Below are positions 29,595 to 39,494 of a stretch of DNA of 64,000 nt, in pieces. A model generated the notes under the pieces. The model had not been told where the DNA came from. It made no database searches and saw only the letters and a program-made list of their open reading frames with translations. The DNA lies in the NCBI GenBank assembly GCA_963782115.1, contig CAWAIK010000004.1:1-64000 (forward strand), in the 5' to 3' direction. Source of the stretch: an uncultured Verrucomicrobiae bacterium (GTDB taxonomy: Bacteria > Verrucomicrobiota > Verrucomicrobiia > Chthoniobacterales > JAFAMB01). The number at the start of each line of letters is the position of its first letter. The first letter of the stretch is position 1. A program made the translations under genes and the position numbers.

Positions 29595-29747
29595 GACTGA
29601 TTCAATATGACGACCTGGGTACGTACGAGCAAAGGTGGGACATTATTGCTAGTAGAGACGGAAATTATGTTAGGATCGAATACGTAAATGAAGCTTGTCA
29701 TACTGACGCGATTATAATTATCTTATTTTGGAAACTGCGAAACCGCT

Positions 29748-30016
29748 GTTAAAGGGGCGCGTGGCGATCCACGCCAGCGCAGCATTACCCATTCGGGTGA
29801 TGTTGGCCGAAAGAGCTTGTCTTAGAACCAAATCCGCATGAGGAATGGGCGTTGTTCGTTTTTAGTAATATTTTCGGAGGAAAGAGTAGCTAAAGACCAG
29901 AGAATAATAACCAATTACCGATGAAGAACTATTATTAACGTTCGCTATTGCCGGGGTTGTCTCAGCGGGGGCTGCCTCTAGGGCTTGTGCGTACTGTGCG
30001 TTTGGCGTACAACCCT
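29748..30016 (+). repeat. direct repeat of the promoter and 5' end of the secreted-protein gene (copy 1 = 26163-26239 plus 27107-27301)
   Basis: Shared GCAGCATTACCCATTCGGGTGATGTTGGC...CGGAGGAAAGAGTAGCTAAAGACCAGAGAAT... Confidence 0.85.
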
Positions 30017-30289
30017 AACGCTCCTTTTGCAGGCTCTGGTTTTGCAGCCCCAAATTCGCCTAACGCGGCGTATGTACGAGGGCAATGCGACCGGGCGCAA
30101 GGGCCAAGACGTGCCACCAGAGGAGCAAGACGCTTTGTCCATGAAGCCCGAAGGCGAAGAGCAACGGAGGAGATGGGCGCAGTCCCAGGCGCGCGATCGC
30201 TAAGTTGAGTGGCCTTCCGGGTCTGCCTCGGCAGAAACGGTGGCTAAGCTTCTTCACGCGGAATTTCAAAGCCAACAAAATACAAAAAC

Positions 30290-30760
30290 ATGAACCATAA
30301 AAAGATGAATACAGTGGGCCAGCAAGCGGGAAGCACGCTTAAAGACCAACTGGCAGGAACGTGGATGCTCGTATCAGCCTACAGCGAGCGCCAGGATGGC
30401 AGCAAATTCGACCCACTTGGTGCCAATCCAGCAGGCATTGTCATGTTCGACGCCAACGGCCGTGTATCGGTGCAGGTCCTGGGTTCCGGACTTCCCAAAT
30501 TCGCGTCCAGCAACCGTCTGCAGGGTACGACGGAGGAAAACAAAGCAATTGTGCAGGGAACCCTCTGCTACTTTGGCACGTACTCGGTCAGCGAGGTGGA
30601 TCATACGCTTAACCTTCACATCGAGAGCAGTTCGTTCCCGAATTGGAACGAGACTGATCAGAAGCGATTCCTGACTCTTACCGGGGACGAAATGAAGTGG
30701 ACCAACCCTATTGCTTCGAGCGGCGGGACCGGTTATTCGGTATGGAAACGAGCCAAGTAG
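30290..30760 (+). CDS. lipocalin-like domain protein
   Basis: LAGTWMLVS...PLGANPAGIVMFDANG...YFGTYSV...SSFPNWNETDQKR...VWKRAK. Confidence 0.85.
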   Translation: MNHKKMNTVGQQAGSTLKDQLAGTWMLVSAYSERQDGSKFDPLGANPAGIVMFDANGRVSVQVLGSGLPKFASSNRLQGTTEENKAIVQGTLCYFGTYSVSEVDHTLNLHIESSSFPNWNETDQKRFLTLTGDEMKWTNPIASSGGTGYSVWKRAK

Positions 30761-30806
30761 GCCCCGCAAAAACATTCGTGCCACCAGGGGCAAAGTCGGC
30801 TGCAAC

Positions 30807-31037
30807 TTACCCGCGTTTAGCCCGGATGGCCCTAGCGCGAGCTTTAAGCGGCTCAGCCTCTTCCGCTCGGCCCATGGACCCTAGCAAAATCGCGTAATTT
30901 TCTAAAACCGTCGCCACGTTGGGGTGCTCGGAGCCCAGCGCTTGTTCCGAGATCTTGAGGGCCCGTTCATAAAGCGGCGCGGCCTTTTCGTACTGGCCCT
31001 GGGCGTGGTAGAGCAGCGCCAGGTTGTTGAGGCTTTG
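30807..31037 (-). pseudogene. C-terminal fragment of a TPR (kinesin-light-chain-like) protein, truncated at a transposon end
   Basis: SLNNLALLYHAQGQYEKAAPLYERALKISEQALGSEHPNVAT. Confidence 0.8.
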
Positions 31038-31652
31038 TGTCGCTCTGTACTTAAATCGTAGACTGTGGCCGTTTACTGCACTTAATTCGGTTCTGACGCA
31101 ACTTTGGTGCAATCCCGACTGTGTTTAACAGCGCCGATTTTCACGCCGGCGCGCATGTGGTCATGAAGCGCTGGCCAGGACGCCCTCCCAGGGCACGACA
31201 CACGACACCGATGATTTCGCTGGATCGCTTGGTCTGTCGTGCGTACTCGGCGCAAGCCTTGAAGAGACGCTCGGTGAAGATTCACCGCTCGCAATCCAGA
31301 TTGCCGCCAACACCAGCGACCGGGGTGCAGCCTGAGGATCATCGGAATGCTTTGGACAGGAAGGTCTTGCAGAAGACGCCAGTGCTGGCTATGGCGCAAT
31401 CGCAAACGTGCCACAGGTACCGCAAGTGCACCAAAGTTGCGTCAGAACCCTTAAATCGTAGACTGCGCTCCCAGGTAATCCACGATTTAAATACAGTAAA
31501 CTATTGCACTTAAATCGTAGACTACTGCACTTAATTCGTGGACTAATTTCACCTCGAACTTCGGGTTGTCGAACTGTACTTAAATCGTAGACTGTGCTCT
31601 CAGGCAGTCCACGATTTAAATGCAGTAAACCGTTGCACTTAAATCGTAGACT
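31038..31652 (+). mobile_element. Tn7/Tn5053-like transposon end region: two TGTCG termini with arrays of ~19-bp transposase-binding repeats
   Basis: TGTCG at 31038 and 31567. The repeat (C/T)TG(C/T)ACTTAA(A/T)TCGT(A/G)GACT occurs about 8 times, 2 of them inverted. Confidence 0.7.
31089..31449. mobile_element. internally deleted IS6-family element (361 bp)
   Basis: Perfect 23-bp IR GGTTCTGACGCAACTTTGGTGCA; flanks CTTAATTC and CTTAAATC (8 bp, one mismatch). Confidence 0.75.
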
Positions 31653-31897
31653 ACGGACTTCTTTTGTGGGCCAAAATGGTCACGCGCCGCTCGAATCCGG
31701 TCACCCGCAAGCTCTGCTTTGACTTTGTGGCCATTGTTTCCCAATGACAATCCACCTCCGACGAAGTGTCAGACGCAAAGTTATTTGCGAATCGGTCAGC
31801 GCTATTTGCGAATGACGCAGAATCCTCTATGATTGCATGTAGTCTGCTGTAGGATCGACGGGGCTGCACCCCAGGACAACTGCGTATTGCAACTCCG

Positions 31898-32080
31898 ATG
31901 GCCGCTTCGCTCAAATTGCTTCCTGGCAGTACTGTTCGATGGCGTGGCCGACGCTACTTGATTGTCGATTACGAGAGCTTAGACGCAATCATTGCGCGAC
32001 AGCCGGGCAAGCGCAGACTAGAACGTATCCCGGTCAACGAAGCAGCACCGGATCATGCGTCCCATCCCAATTTGATCTCT
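31898..32080 (+). pseudogene. N-terminal remnant of a TnsB/TniA-like transposase
   Basis: LLPGSTVRWRGRRYLIVDYESLDAIIARQPG...IPVNE, located just inside the Tn7-like end. Confidence 0.45.
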
Positions 32081-32151
32081 CAACCGGATCAAGCCCTGAG
32101 GTGCGGCTTTCCGTTCGCAGGTCTTGGAAAGTGGCCAACAACTGGCCGCTG

Positions 32152-32565
32152 TCAGCCAACCGAGAAGATCCGAAGTGACGTGGCATCAATGCTCACACGA
32201 CCGCGGTACGCCGACAGATTCGTAATCACGGGCCGGCGCTTCTGCCAGACGGAACCGATCCAGACGTAGGGCAGCAGACCAACACCGATCTTCACCGTTC
32301 TCTTCTCGACTTGAGAGGAACGCGCTCGTGCGCTGAGCGGGTTCTTCTCGCCTTTGGGGAGCTGCGCCAAACAAACATCGATCTGGGGCTCGCTGGGAAC
32401 GCTCGTATTGTAGCCAACGCCGCCGATCCATTCGATACGCCAGAGCAGATCGTCATCCGGGAACGCATCAATTGCGTAAACAGCTTGGCCCACTGGCAGA
32501 TCATAACCGAGTCCGAGAGCATCAAGGAGCCCCGAGGCAGATCTCGCTCTCAAAGCTATTCGCAA
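32152..32565 (-). pseudogene. N-terminal remnant of a Tn7-like accessory protein (TnsE/TniE-like)
   Basis: FPDDDLLWRIEWIG...EPQIDV...IGVGLLPYVWIGSVW; recognised from memory only. Confidence 0.35.
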
Positions 32566-32714
32566 ATAGCATTGCTACATTCGCATTTATTTCTGCACGA
32601 TCAGCTCACATTCGCAGATATTTCTGGAACTGACATTTTCCATGGCGATCTCGCCGGGATCGAGAGGGGTGCGCAACCTGGAAATCAGTGACCGCTGTTT
32701 TCGAGAGCGGCAGC

Positions 32715-33565
32715 TTACTTCGGCAAGTGCTTCAGCAGCGTCGTCATCCGCTCAACAAGAGACGAGAACTGATCTGGATCTTGCTTCGCAAAAGCTTCAA
32801 AAATTTTCAGTGCCTCTTCAAATGTCTTTCGCGCCTCCTCTGGCCGGTTCTGGGCACGATTCAGGATACCCAGATTGTTGAGCGTCGCGGCGATGTAAGG
32901 CAAATAAGTCTCCGGCTCTTTCTGAGCGAGCTCACGTTGAATTTTCAGCGCCTCCTCATAATCCTTTCGAGCCTCGGTTAGCTGGTTCTTGTCGCTATCA
33001 AAAATCCCAAGGTTATTGAGCGTGATCGCTATTTGAGGCAGATATGTCTCCGGCTCTTTTTGTGCCAACTCACGGTAGATCTTCAGCGCCTCGCCGGCTT
33101 CCTCCCGGGCCTCGTCCCACCGATTCTGTGCATTATCAAGAAGCCCTAGATTGTTAAGCGCCATCGGTACGGATGGTAAATAGGTTACCGGCTCTTTCTG
33201 CGCCAGCTCACGGTACATCTTGAGCGCCTCTGCATATTCCTTCCGAGCTTTCTTCACACGGTTCTTATTGCTATCAAGTATGCCAAGGTTGTTGAGTGTT
33301 GTCGCCATGTAAGGTAGATAGGTCTCTCGCTCCTTCTGCGCCAGCTTGCGGTAGATTTTCAGCGCCTCCTCCAGATAGTTCTGCGCGGCCTCAAGAATCC
33401 CCAAGTTGTTTAGCGTTAGCGCCACGTAACGCAGATAGATGTCCGGCTTTTTTGTGCGCTAGTTCATGGTAGATTTTTAGCGCTTCCTCAAATTCCTGCC
33501 GAGCTTTCTCTAGCTGATTTTGATCGCAATCCAGAATTCCCAGGTCGTTGAGCGTCGCCGCTACT
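32715..33565 (-). pseudogene. TPR-repeat protein, 5'-truncated and frameshifted
   Basis: Repeated TLNNLGIL...EEALKIYRELAQKEPETYLP; the upstream repeat is in another frame. Confidence 0.8.
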
Positions 33566-33569
33566 GCCA

Positions 33570-33983
33570 TGAGGTGCGGGGTCGAGCATCAGCGAAAGGA
33601 CGAAACCTCCCGTCAGGCACAACCCAATTACACCTACTTCTTTCCCTTCGGGATTTTCAGCGTGAATCTTTCTGCTCAACGCCCTCAGCCAGGAGGTAAT
33701 CGGGCTGGTTTCGTGTGCGGCCAAGCATTTGAATTCGTGGCTCACACACACTGTGAAATGTGTTCGCAACCGTCGCGTTGTCGTTCGGTTCGCCGAAGAG
33801 AAGCGGCAAAAATACCGTGAATCCGGCATCAACGACACGCGTTGCCAAGTTGATGCATTGAGGCGTCATGCCTGGAAGCTCATGCATGATCAGCACTCCT
33901 GCCCCGTTTGCCTTGCTCCGGAAAACGGTGTGGATTATGTCGCCGTCCCGGAAGGTAAATTCTGAAAACCCAGGGGGCGCCAT
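33570..33983 (-). pseudogene. dienelactone hydrolase family protein, frameshifted and 3'-truncated
   Basis: VLIMHELPGMTP...PLLFG; after the shift VGVIGLCLTGGF (GxCxG nucleophile). Confidence 0.8.
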
Positions 33984-33986
33984 AGG

Positions 33987-35015
33987 CTACGAGACTTTGT
34001 TCGGCCACCAAGAATTTTGGGAAGCGAGCCCGTCCGCAACCAAAATGCTTCGATCCACTCCATGGAGGACTTCCCGCATGAGCTTGATCACCGCTGGCGC
34101 CTTCGTACTATCAAAGTATCCGCCATGTATCTCCGCCGTAGGGACATTTGTCAGAAACTGGGTGCAGTCCGTATCCCAAACGTTGTCGGGCGTTGCTGGA
34201 TTTCCAGGAGCGGCTGTTCGATCTAGCCCGCTTCGCCCCAACCTTCGTTTCAAGAAATGCTTTAGACCGGCAGAAACGCCAAGAACCGGATCACGCCCAG
34301 AGTAAAAAGCAGTCACGCGGTACGACAGATTGGCAATGCCTTCTCCGTCACCATCCCCGACATGCTCCCCACTGTCAAAGACGTCATTGTCGACATCCGC
34401 TGCAATCATCAGCATCTGATTTACAAAACTCACCCCCAGTGGCGAGTTCTTGCGCGTCCAGAGGTGCCACAAGCCCACTTGCGCAAGGAAGTTGCCCATG
34501 CTGTGGGCGATGATTGAGGCCTTCGCCTTGCACGCCTTCGTCGGATCAATCGCCGCCATGGCCTGGTTGCGAGCGAGTATGTCGTAAAATTCGCTAAGAA
34601 TGTTGGCAAAATCGTCGGCGCAAATCCGCACGTCCTGGCGGTCCGGAAGGTAATCATACACCTCACCTTTCGACGGCCAGGATAGCAAAATACAAATCCC
34701 CAGTCCGTCTTGGCCGGTGAAGAGGTCGTTAAGGAGGCCCTTGTAAAAGTTGATCGAGCTGGTCCATGAGTTGTTGTACCCGTGGACAGCAAGCACGACG
34801 TGCTTTTCCTCCTCTTGCTGCTCCGGCGGGAGGTCGGGAAATTGGCTGCACGCTTCAACGAGATCGGATTGAAATCGGTCGAAGGCAATCCTCTGCCAAT
34901 TCGTAATATTGTCGATACCGTCGTTATCGCTGACCCAGTATGTTGGGCCATCGGAGTTTCTGTTTGTCCCGATGCCCCCGCTGTCGCGGAGGCTGATCAT
35001 CCAGTATTTTGGCAT
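33987..35015 (-). CDS. alpha/beta hydrolase (DUF900-like)
   Basis: VHGYNNS, LSWPSKG, IIAHSMGN, AADVD, RLGRSG and HGGYF. Confidence 0.85.
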   Translation of the reverse strand: MPKYWMISLRDSGGIGTNRNSDGPTYWVSDNDGIDNITNWQRIAFDRFQSDLVEACSQFPDLPPEQQEEEKHVVLAVHGYNNSWTSSINFYKGLLNDLFTGQDGLGICILLSWPSKGEVYDYLPDRQDVRICADDFANILSEFYDILARNQAMAAIDPTKACKAKASIIAHSMGNFLAQVGLWHLWTRKNSPLGVSFVNQMLMIAADVDNDVFDSGEHVGDGDGEGIANLSYRVTAFYSGRDPVLGVSAGLKHFLKRRLGRSGLDRTAAPGNPATPDNVWDTDCTQFLTNVPTAEIHGGYFDSTKAPAVIKLMREVLHGVDRSILVADGLASQNSWWPNKVS

Positions 35016-36334
35016 GGTCCTCAGTTGTGTCTAATGGGAGAGAAGAATTTGGGCAGCAGAATTTCCTCTGTATGCTAAAACAAATCCGACCATGCATAGC
35101 AAGTAGAAAGCTGGATAAAAATCGAATTTATCCAAAGCTGGCCTAGTGGTTGACGAGAGTTGTAAAACTAGCGTCCGGCGTTTGAATTTTTGCCCGATTC
35201 GAAGAACGCGCGGCGCAACAGAAACAGACTCCCGCTAACTATAAGAGAACGCCGAATTTTATCTTGCAGAGCCCACAACATTTTTACCTAGCAATTCCTT
35301 GGCCACTGGCATCGAGTCATTACGCTCGCTTGCGTCACGACATCCGTGAGCCTTTTTTGGCCTAAAACCAGCAGGATGTCCCCGTAGTCCGCAAGATCAC
35401 TCTCGTTACTTGGCCGATTGGGTTTGATGAGATATTCGAATCTTTCGAATGTAGCGTCCGGCCAGCAGGTCTCCTTCTTTTCGAGCTGTTTGAGAAAGCC
35501 TTCGTGTAACAGAATGGAAGTTCCAGCTTTTCGTAGACATCACTGCCGAGCAAGCCGACTTTCTAGTAGATCACAATGGTACAAAATTGGTTATACTCCA
35601 ATCGCGTTAGAATGGTCCACAATTGCGGAGCTTGTTTTGTCGGCAAGATCGCAAATACGCGGAGCTAACCGAAAACCGAACAGGTGAAACAAAGCAGAGA
35701 CATATCGGTGAAACTGAGCAACAGACCGCCGTTAGGTGACCCCATAACTGAAGCATTTCTGTCCGGATTATGGTGATCCCGTTTCTGTTTCGAGCCGCTT
35801 TCTGAGCGGTGGTTGGCAGGGAGTTGGGACGAACAGTGAAGCGTTCAGAAACACCTCGTCGGTCGGAGTTACGCACACAAATCGATTCTTCGAAATGGGT
35901 GACTTTCTGTCGGACAAAGCGATCAAAGGCCTCGTTCAGCTTAGCCAAGGGCTGCGACTATTTGCTCAAGCGGTGAAATCAGCTCACCTGTTTACCAAAG
36001 AATCACGCAAATTAATTTCCATAGTAACTGTCACGCTGCACGAAATTAGGAGACTGACGATCTCTGACTTTCGAGGTCTCTTTTACGGTCAGCAGATTGT
36101 GAATGGGAGGTTCGCTCACAGCTTAGGAGAAATTCAATTGTAAATCATTCTGGCCTTTATTCTCAATTATAAGAATCGGTCACTTATGTCAACACCTGGT
36201 GGTTTTCCACCACCGCCTGCTGTTTATCTGGGCCAACTTTAGGCGCGTTTAGAAAATTTGTTGTGATTCTGAAAGTGAATCTGAGGATCTTCTGTCGTTC
36301 GATAGGCGGCATTCCATGTCGACACCATAAATGG

Positions 36335-36683
36335 TCAATGGCCGAAGCCCCAGGGCAGTTTCAATCTCAAGGACGTGCTCCCGGCGAGTCTGATCTCGTT
36401 CGGCATAATCGCCGAAGAGTGCCGCATCGAGTCCTAGTTGCTCGGCAACAAAGGCGCATAGCGCAGCGGGTGGTTGCTCGCCTTGTTGAAGTATCCGCCC
36501 TGGGAAACGCAGATAGCAGAGCATGAGCGCGAAGCCAAGACGATTGGGATCGCCGCGGCGACGATTGATCAGAGCTAGATCCTCGGAGCTCAGCATGTAA
36601 TGGCGCACCATCCCGCGCTCATCGCTCGCTGGAGCTTGGAGACTGAGCCGCTGTGACTCGGTGAGCAGTTCTCGATGTGGCAT
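36335..36683 (-). pseudogene. tnpA: 5' remnant of a second Tn3 transposase (DUF4158 part)
   Basis: MPHRELLT...RRRGDPNRLGFALMLCYLRFPGR...YAERDQTRREH. Confidence 0.85.
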
Positions 36684-36759
36684 ATTTGTTCCTGTTGAAG
36701 TGCGGTTTAAAATGACCAACACTTTGCCACGCGAAAATGCCCTTTTTCTGGGGTCTTTG

Positions 36760-37033
36760 GGACAAAGGGTTCAATTCGGACAGGCTGCAGCGCTTTATTG
36801 CCGGATATCAACCGCCGACCAAACACTGTGCCCGCCAGGAACGGGACCTACGCGCCTTCGCTAGGAAGGCTGGCTACAAAATCGTGGAGGTCTGGAAGGG
36901 AATCGCCTCCGGGCAAAGCAGGAGCGCCCCGAAACGCAAGAAGGTCCTGGCGTTGGCGCAGGCCCGCAAGGTCGACGTGATCCTCGTCACCGAACTGACC
37001 AGCTGGGGCCGTTCGGTCCTTAACGTGCTTTAA
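36760..37033 (+). pseudogene. tnpR: serine resolvase remnant, divergent from the tnpA remnant
   Basis: AALYCRISTADQ, then in a shifted frame ARQERDLRAFA...VILVTELTSWGRS; truncated. Confidence 0.8.
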
Positions 37034-37062
37034 ATTCCGTTTCGTGTCTTCTCCTCCGCTAG

Positions 37063-37200
37063 GGAGAGCAGGAGATTCCCGGGGGTCTGCGTTCATAAGG
37101 AAGCTCCAGTGTGGGGAGTATAAATGACAAACCAGGCAGACTTACCGTCACCGCCCGCATCAGCCGCAGCTTCCAGACCCCCCGGAATCTCCCGCTCTCC
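37063..37200 (+). mobile_element. MITE or internally deleted IS of the same family as 28939-29075
   Basis: GGAGAGCAGGAGATTCCCGGGGGTCTG...CAGACCCCCCGGAATCTCCCGCTCTCC. Confidence 0.7.
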
Positions 37201-37476
37201 TACACTATCCATGCGGAAATGCCGGGCGTGGATAAATCCGGCCTGGAAATCACGGTCGACAACGGCGAATTGACTATTGTCAGACACAGACGTACCGAGG
37301 GAAATTCTGGTGAACCAGTCTATCGGGAGATCCGACGCAATGATTTCCGCCGTGTCTACGAGCTTGATCCGGCGATTGATACCACTAGAATCGCCGCTCG
37401 CATCGATCAGGGCGTACTGACTCTAACACTGCCGAAAGCTGAAAGCGTCAAACCGCGCAAGATCGTAGTGGATTGA
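37201..37476 (+). pseudogene. Hsp20/alpha-crystallin protein lacking its native N-terminus
   Basis: AEMPGVDKSGLEITVD...FRRVYEL...IDQGVLTLTLPKAE; begins exactly at the MITE boundary. Confidence 0.85.
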
Positions 37477-37649
37477 GAATCCCTGTCTGCAGGTTAGGTG
37501 CAATAGGGGAATTAGGCGCAGATGGGTTTGATCTGCGCTTGAGGTTCGGGCTGAGACCCGGACCGTTTAAAATCGGGCCGGAGCTCGCCTTTTAAGCCGA
37601 CGCACGGCCCTTGACTCATGGGCCCGGTCGCCGCATTTTGTTGGACGCC

Positions 37650-38520
37650 ATGAAAGCTATTCGGTTTCACGCTTGCGGCGGTCCTGAGGTCCTTCGTTTA
37701 GAGGAGATACCTGTCCCTGAGGCTCAACCGGGCGAAGTGCTAATTCGAGTTCAAGCTGCAGGCGTGAATTTTCTCGATGCCTATCAGCGCATGGGTCTTT
37801 ACAAAACTCCATTGCCATTCGTACCTGGAATGGAGGGAGCGCGCTTCATAGAGAAAAGCGAGCCAGAAGCCAGGCTGAAACCCGGGACTCGAGTGGCGTG
37901 GGCCGAACATCCCGGCGGCTACGCGCAGTTCGCAGCGATCCCTGCGTGGAAGGTGGTAGAACTACCAGAAGAAGTTGACGCCCGGACCGGCGCAGCCGCT
38001 CTTCTTCAAGGGATGACCGCAGAATACCTTTGCGAGACCACCTACCCGGCTCGTGCGGGCGATGTCGCCTTGGTCCATGCGGGTGCCGGAGGTGTTGGTC
38101 TTCTTCTCATCCAACTGCTGAAACAAAAAGGCGTCACTGTTTACGCAACGGTGTCTACCCCTGAAAAGGCAGCGCTGGTTGGGGAAGCGGGTGCAGACGA
38201 GGCGATTCTTTACACTGAGGTCGACTTTGTGGAAACGGTCAGAAGCTTCACCAAAGGAAACGGTGTTCACGTCGTTTACGATTCCGTTGGCAAAACGACC
38301 TATGAAGGCAGTCTGAATGTTCTCCGTCCGTTTGGGATGCTGGTGCTCTTCGGACAATCAAGCGGCCCGGTCCCCCCGATCGATCCGCTCCTTCTCCACC
38401 AAAAGGGTTCTCTCTTTCTTACTTGGCCAAGCCTTGCTCATCATGTCGCGGACGCCGCCAGCTTCAACAACCGCGCCACAAAAGTGTTAAACTGGGTTGC
38501 ACAGAAATCGTTGAAGCTTC
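37650..38520 (+). pseudogene. qor: NADPH:quinone oxidoreductase (zeta-crystallin type), 3'-truncated
   Basis: GGPEVL, AGVNFLD, LLQGMTA, HAGAGGVG and YDSVGK; the C-terminal ~30 aa are missing. Confidence 0.85.
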
Positions 38521-38686
38521 CGGCTATATCAACAAGGACATGCTGGCGAAATATGTGAAGGATGCAAAATCTCCCATCTATTACGTCGTCGGACCGCCGG
38601 GAATGGTCAAAGGTTTGCAAATGATGCTCAATGTCACCGGGATCGACGATGACGACATTCGGACAGATGAGTTCGGCGGGTATTAG
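38520..38686 (+). pseudogene. C-terminal fragment of an FNR-like FAD/NAD oxidoreductase
   Basis: GYINKDML...YYVVGPPGMV...DIRTDEFGGY. Confidence 0.7.
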
Positions 38687-39098
38687 CTACAGCGATGAAT
38701 TGGATCCTTTCGTTATACCAAATCGTCCATCGGCAAAAAATGGAGCGTCGCGCTGACAGGCATCATCCCCGTGGCTTTACGTGAATGACGAGTACACCCG
38801 CGCGGCTTGCCAAAGATGGCGTCTCCTGAGCATTTGTGGATCGCGAGATTGGATGGTCAGCGTTCGCCGGACTGACCTTGCCTGAGCTCATAGAGCGCGC
38901 CGTCTCCATGGACAATCTCAGACGCATCTATAGGCACGAGGGCGGGTATAACGAAGACGACGAATGTTTCAGCCGCATGGCTGACATCTGGCGCGAGCAC
39001 CCGCCAGTATGACGGTGTCGCACGAAAAATGCACACCTACCGAACTCGGCATCATCGGTTTCCCGGACGGATAACAAGCTCAGAAATCGTGGAGCTAG

Positions 39099-39479
39099 CT
39101 ATGGTCGACTTTTCTTACCGCTCAGTCGCTCTTCCAAGTATGACTTCAGCGCTATCGCGTTATTATGTTCCGTGTCGTGAGCGCTATAGAGAAGCGTAAT
39201 GTTACCCTGCCTGGCTGCGTCCAACAGCGGTTGGCAGGCTGCAGGATTGCCGGCCAATTCGGCCCGATACCGTCGTTGGAATTCCTTCCATTTTGCTGGT
39301 TCGTGGCTAAACCAGCGGCGCAGATCGTCGCTGGGCGCTGCATCCCTGCACCAGGCGTCCATAGGCAACGCCTCCTTTTTCATCCCGCGCGGCCACAGGC
39401 GTTCCACAAGGAATCGCGCGCCATCCTCTTTCGCGGCCAGCTCATACACGCGTTTAATCTGGATCATCGTCATATGCAT
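39099..39479 (-). CDS. DUF488 (YeaO-like) protein
   Basis: IQIKRVYE...DGARFLVERLWPRG...APSDDLRRWFSH...TLLYSAHDTEHNNA. Confidence 0.9.
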   Translation of the reverse strand: MHMTMIQIKRVYELAAKEDGARFLVERLWPRGMKKEALPMDAWCRDAAPSDDLRRWFSHEPAKWKEFQRRYRAELAGNPAACQPLLDAARQGNITLLYSAHDTEHNNAIALKSYLEERLSGKKSRP

Positions 39480-39494
39480 CTCCGAACGTTTCGC

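Noticed and set aside
31038..31652. Recurrent ~19-bp repeats as a CRISPR array (tempting given the Cas4-like gene)
   Set aside because: The repeats have mixed orientations, irregular spacing and repeated rather than unique spacers, and they follow TGT termini. This fits transposon-end binding sites.
35300..36150. ORFs 35607..35948 and 35895..36143
   Set aside because: No motifs, and stops in all frames; probably decayed sequence.
37516..37538. Hairpin GCGCAGAT-7-ATCTGCGC after hsp20 as an intrinsic terminator
   Set aside because: It has no convincing U-tract.
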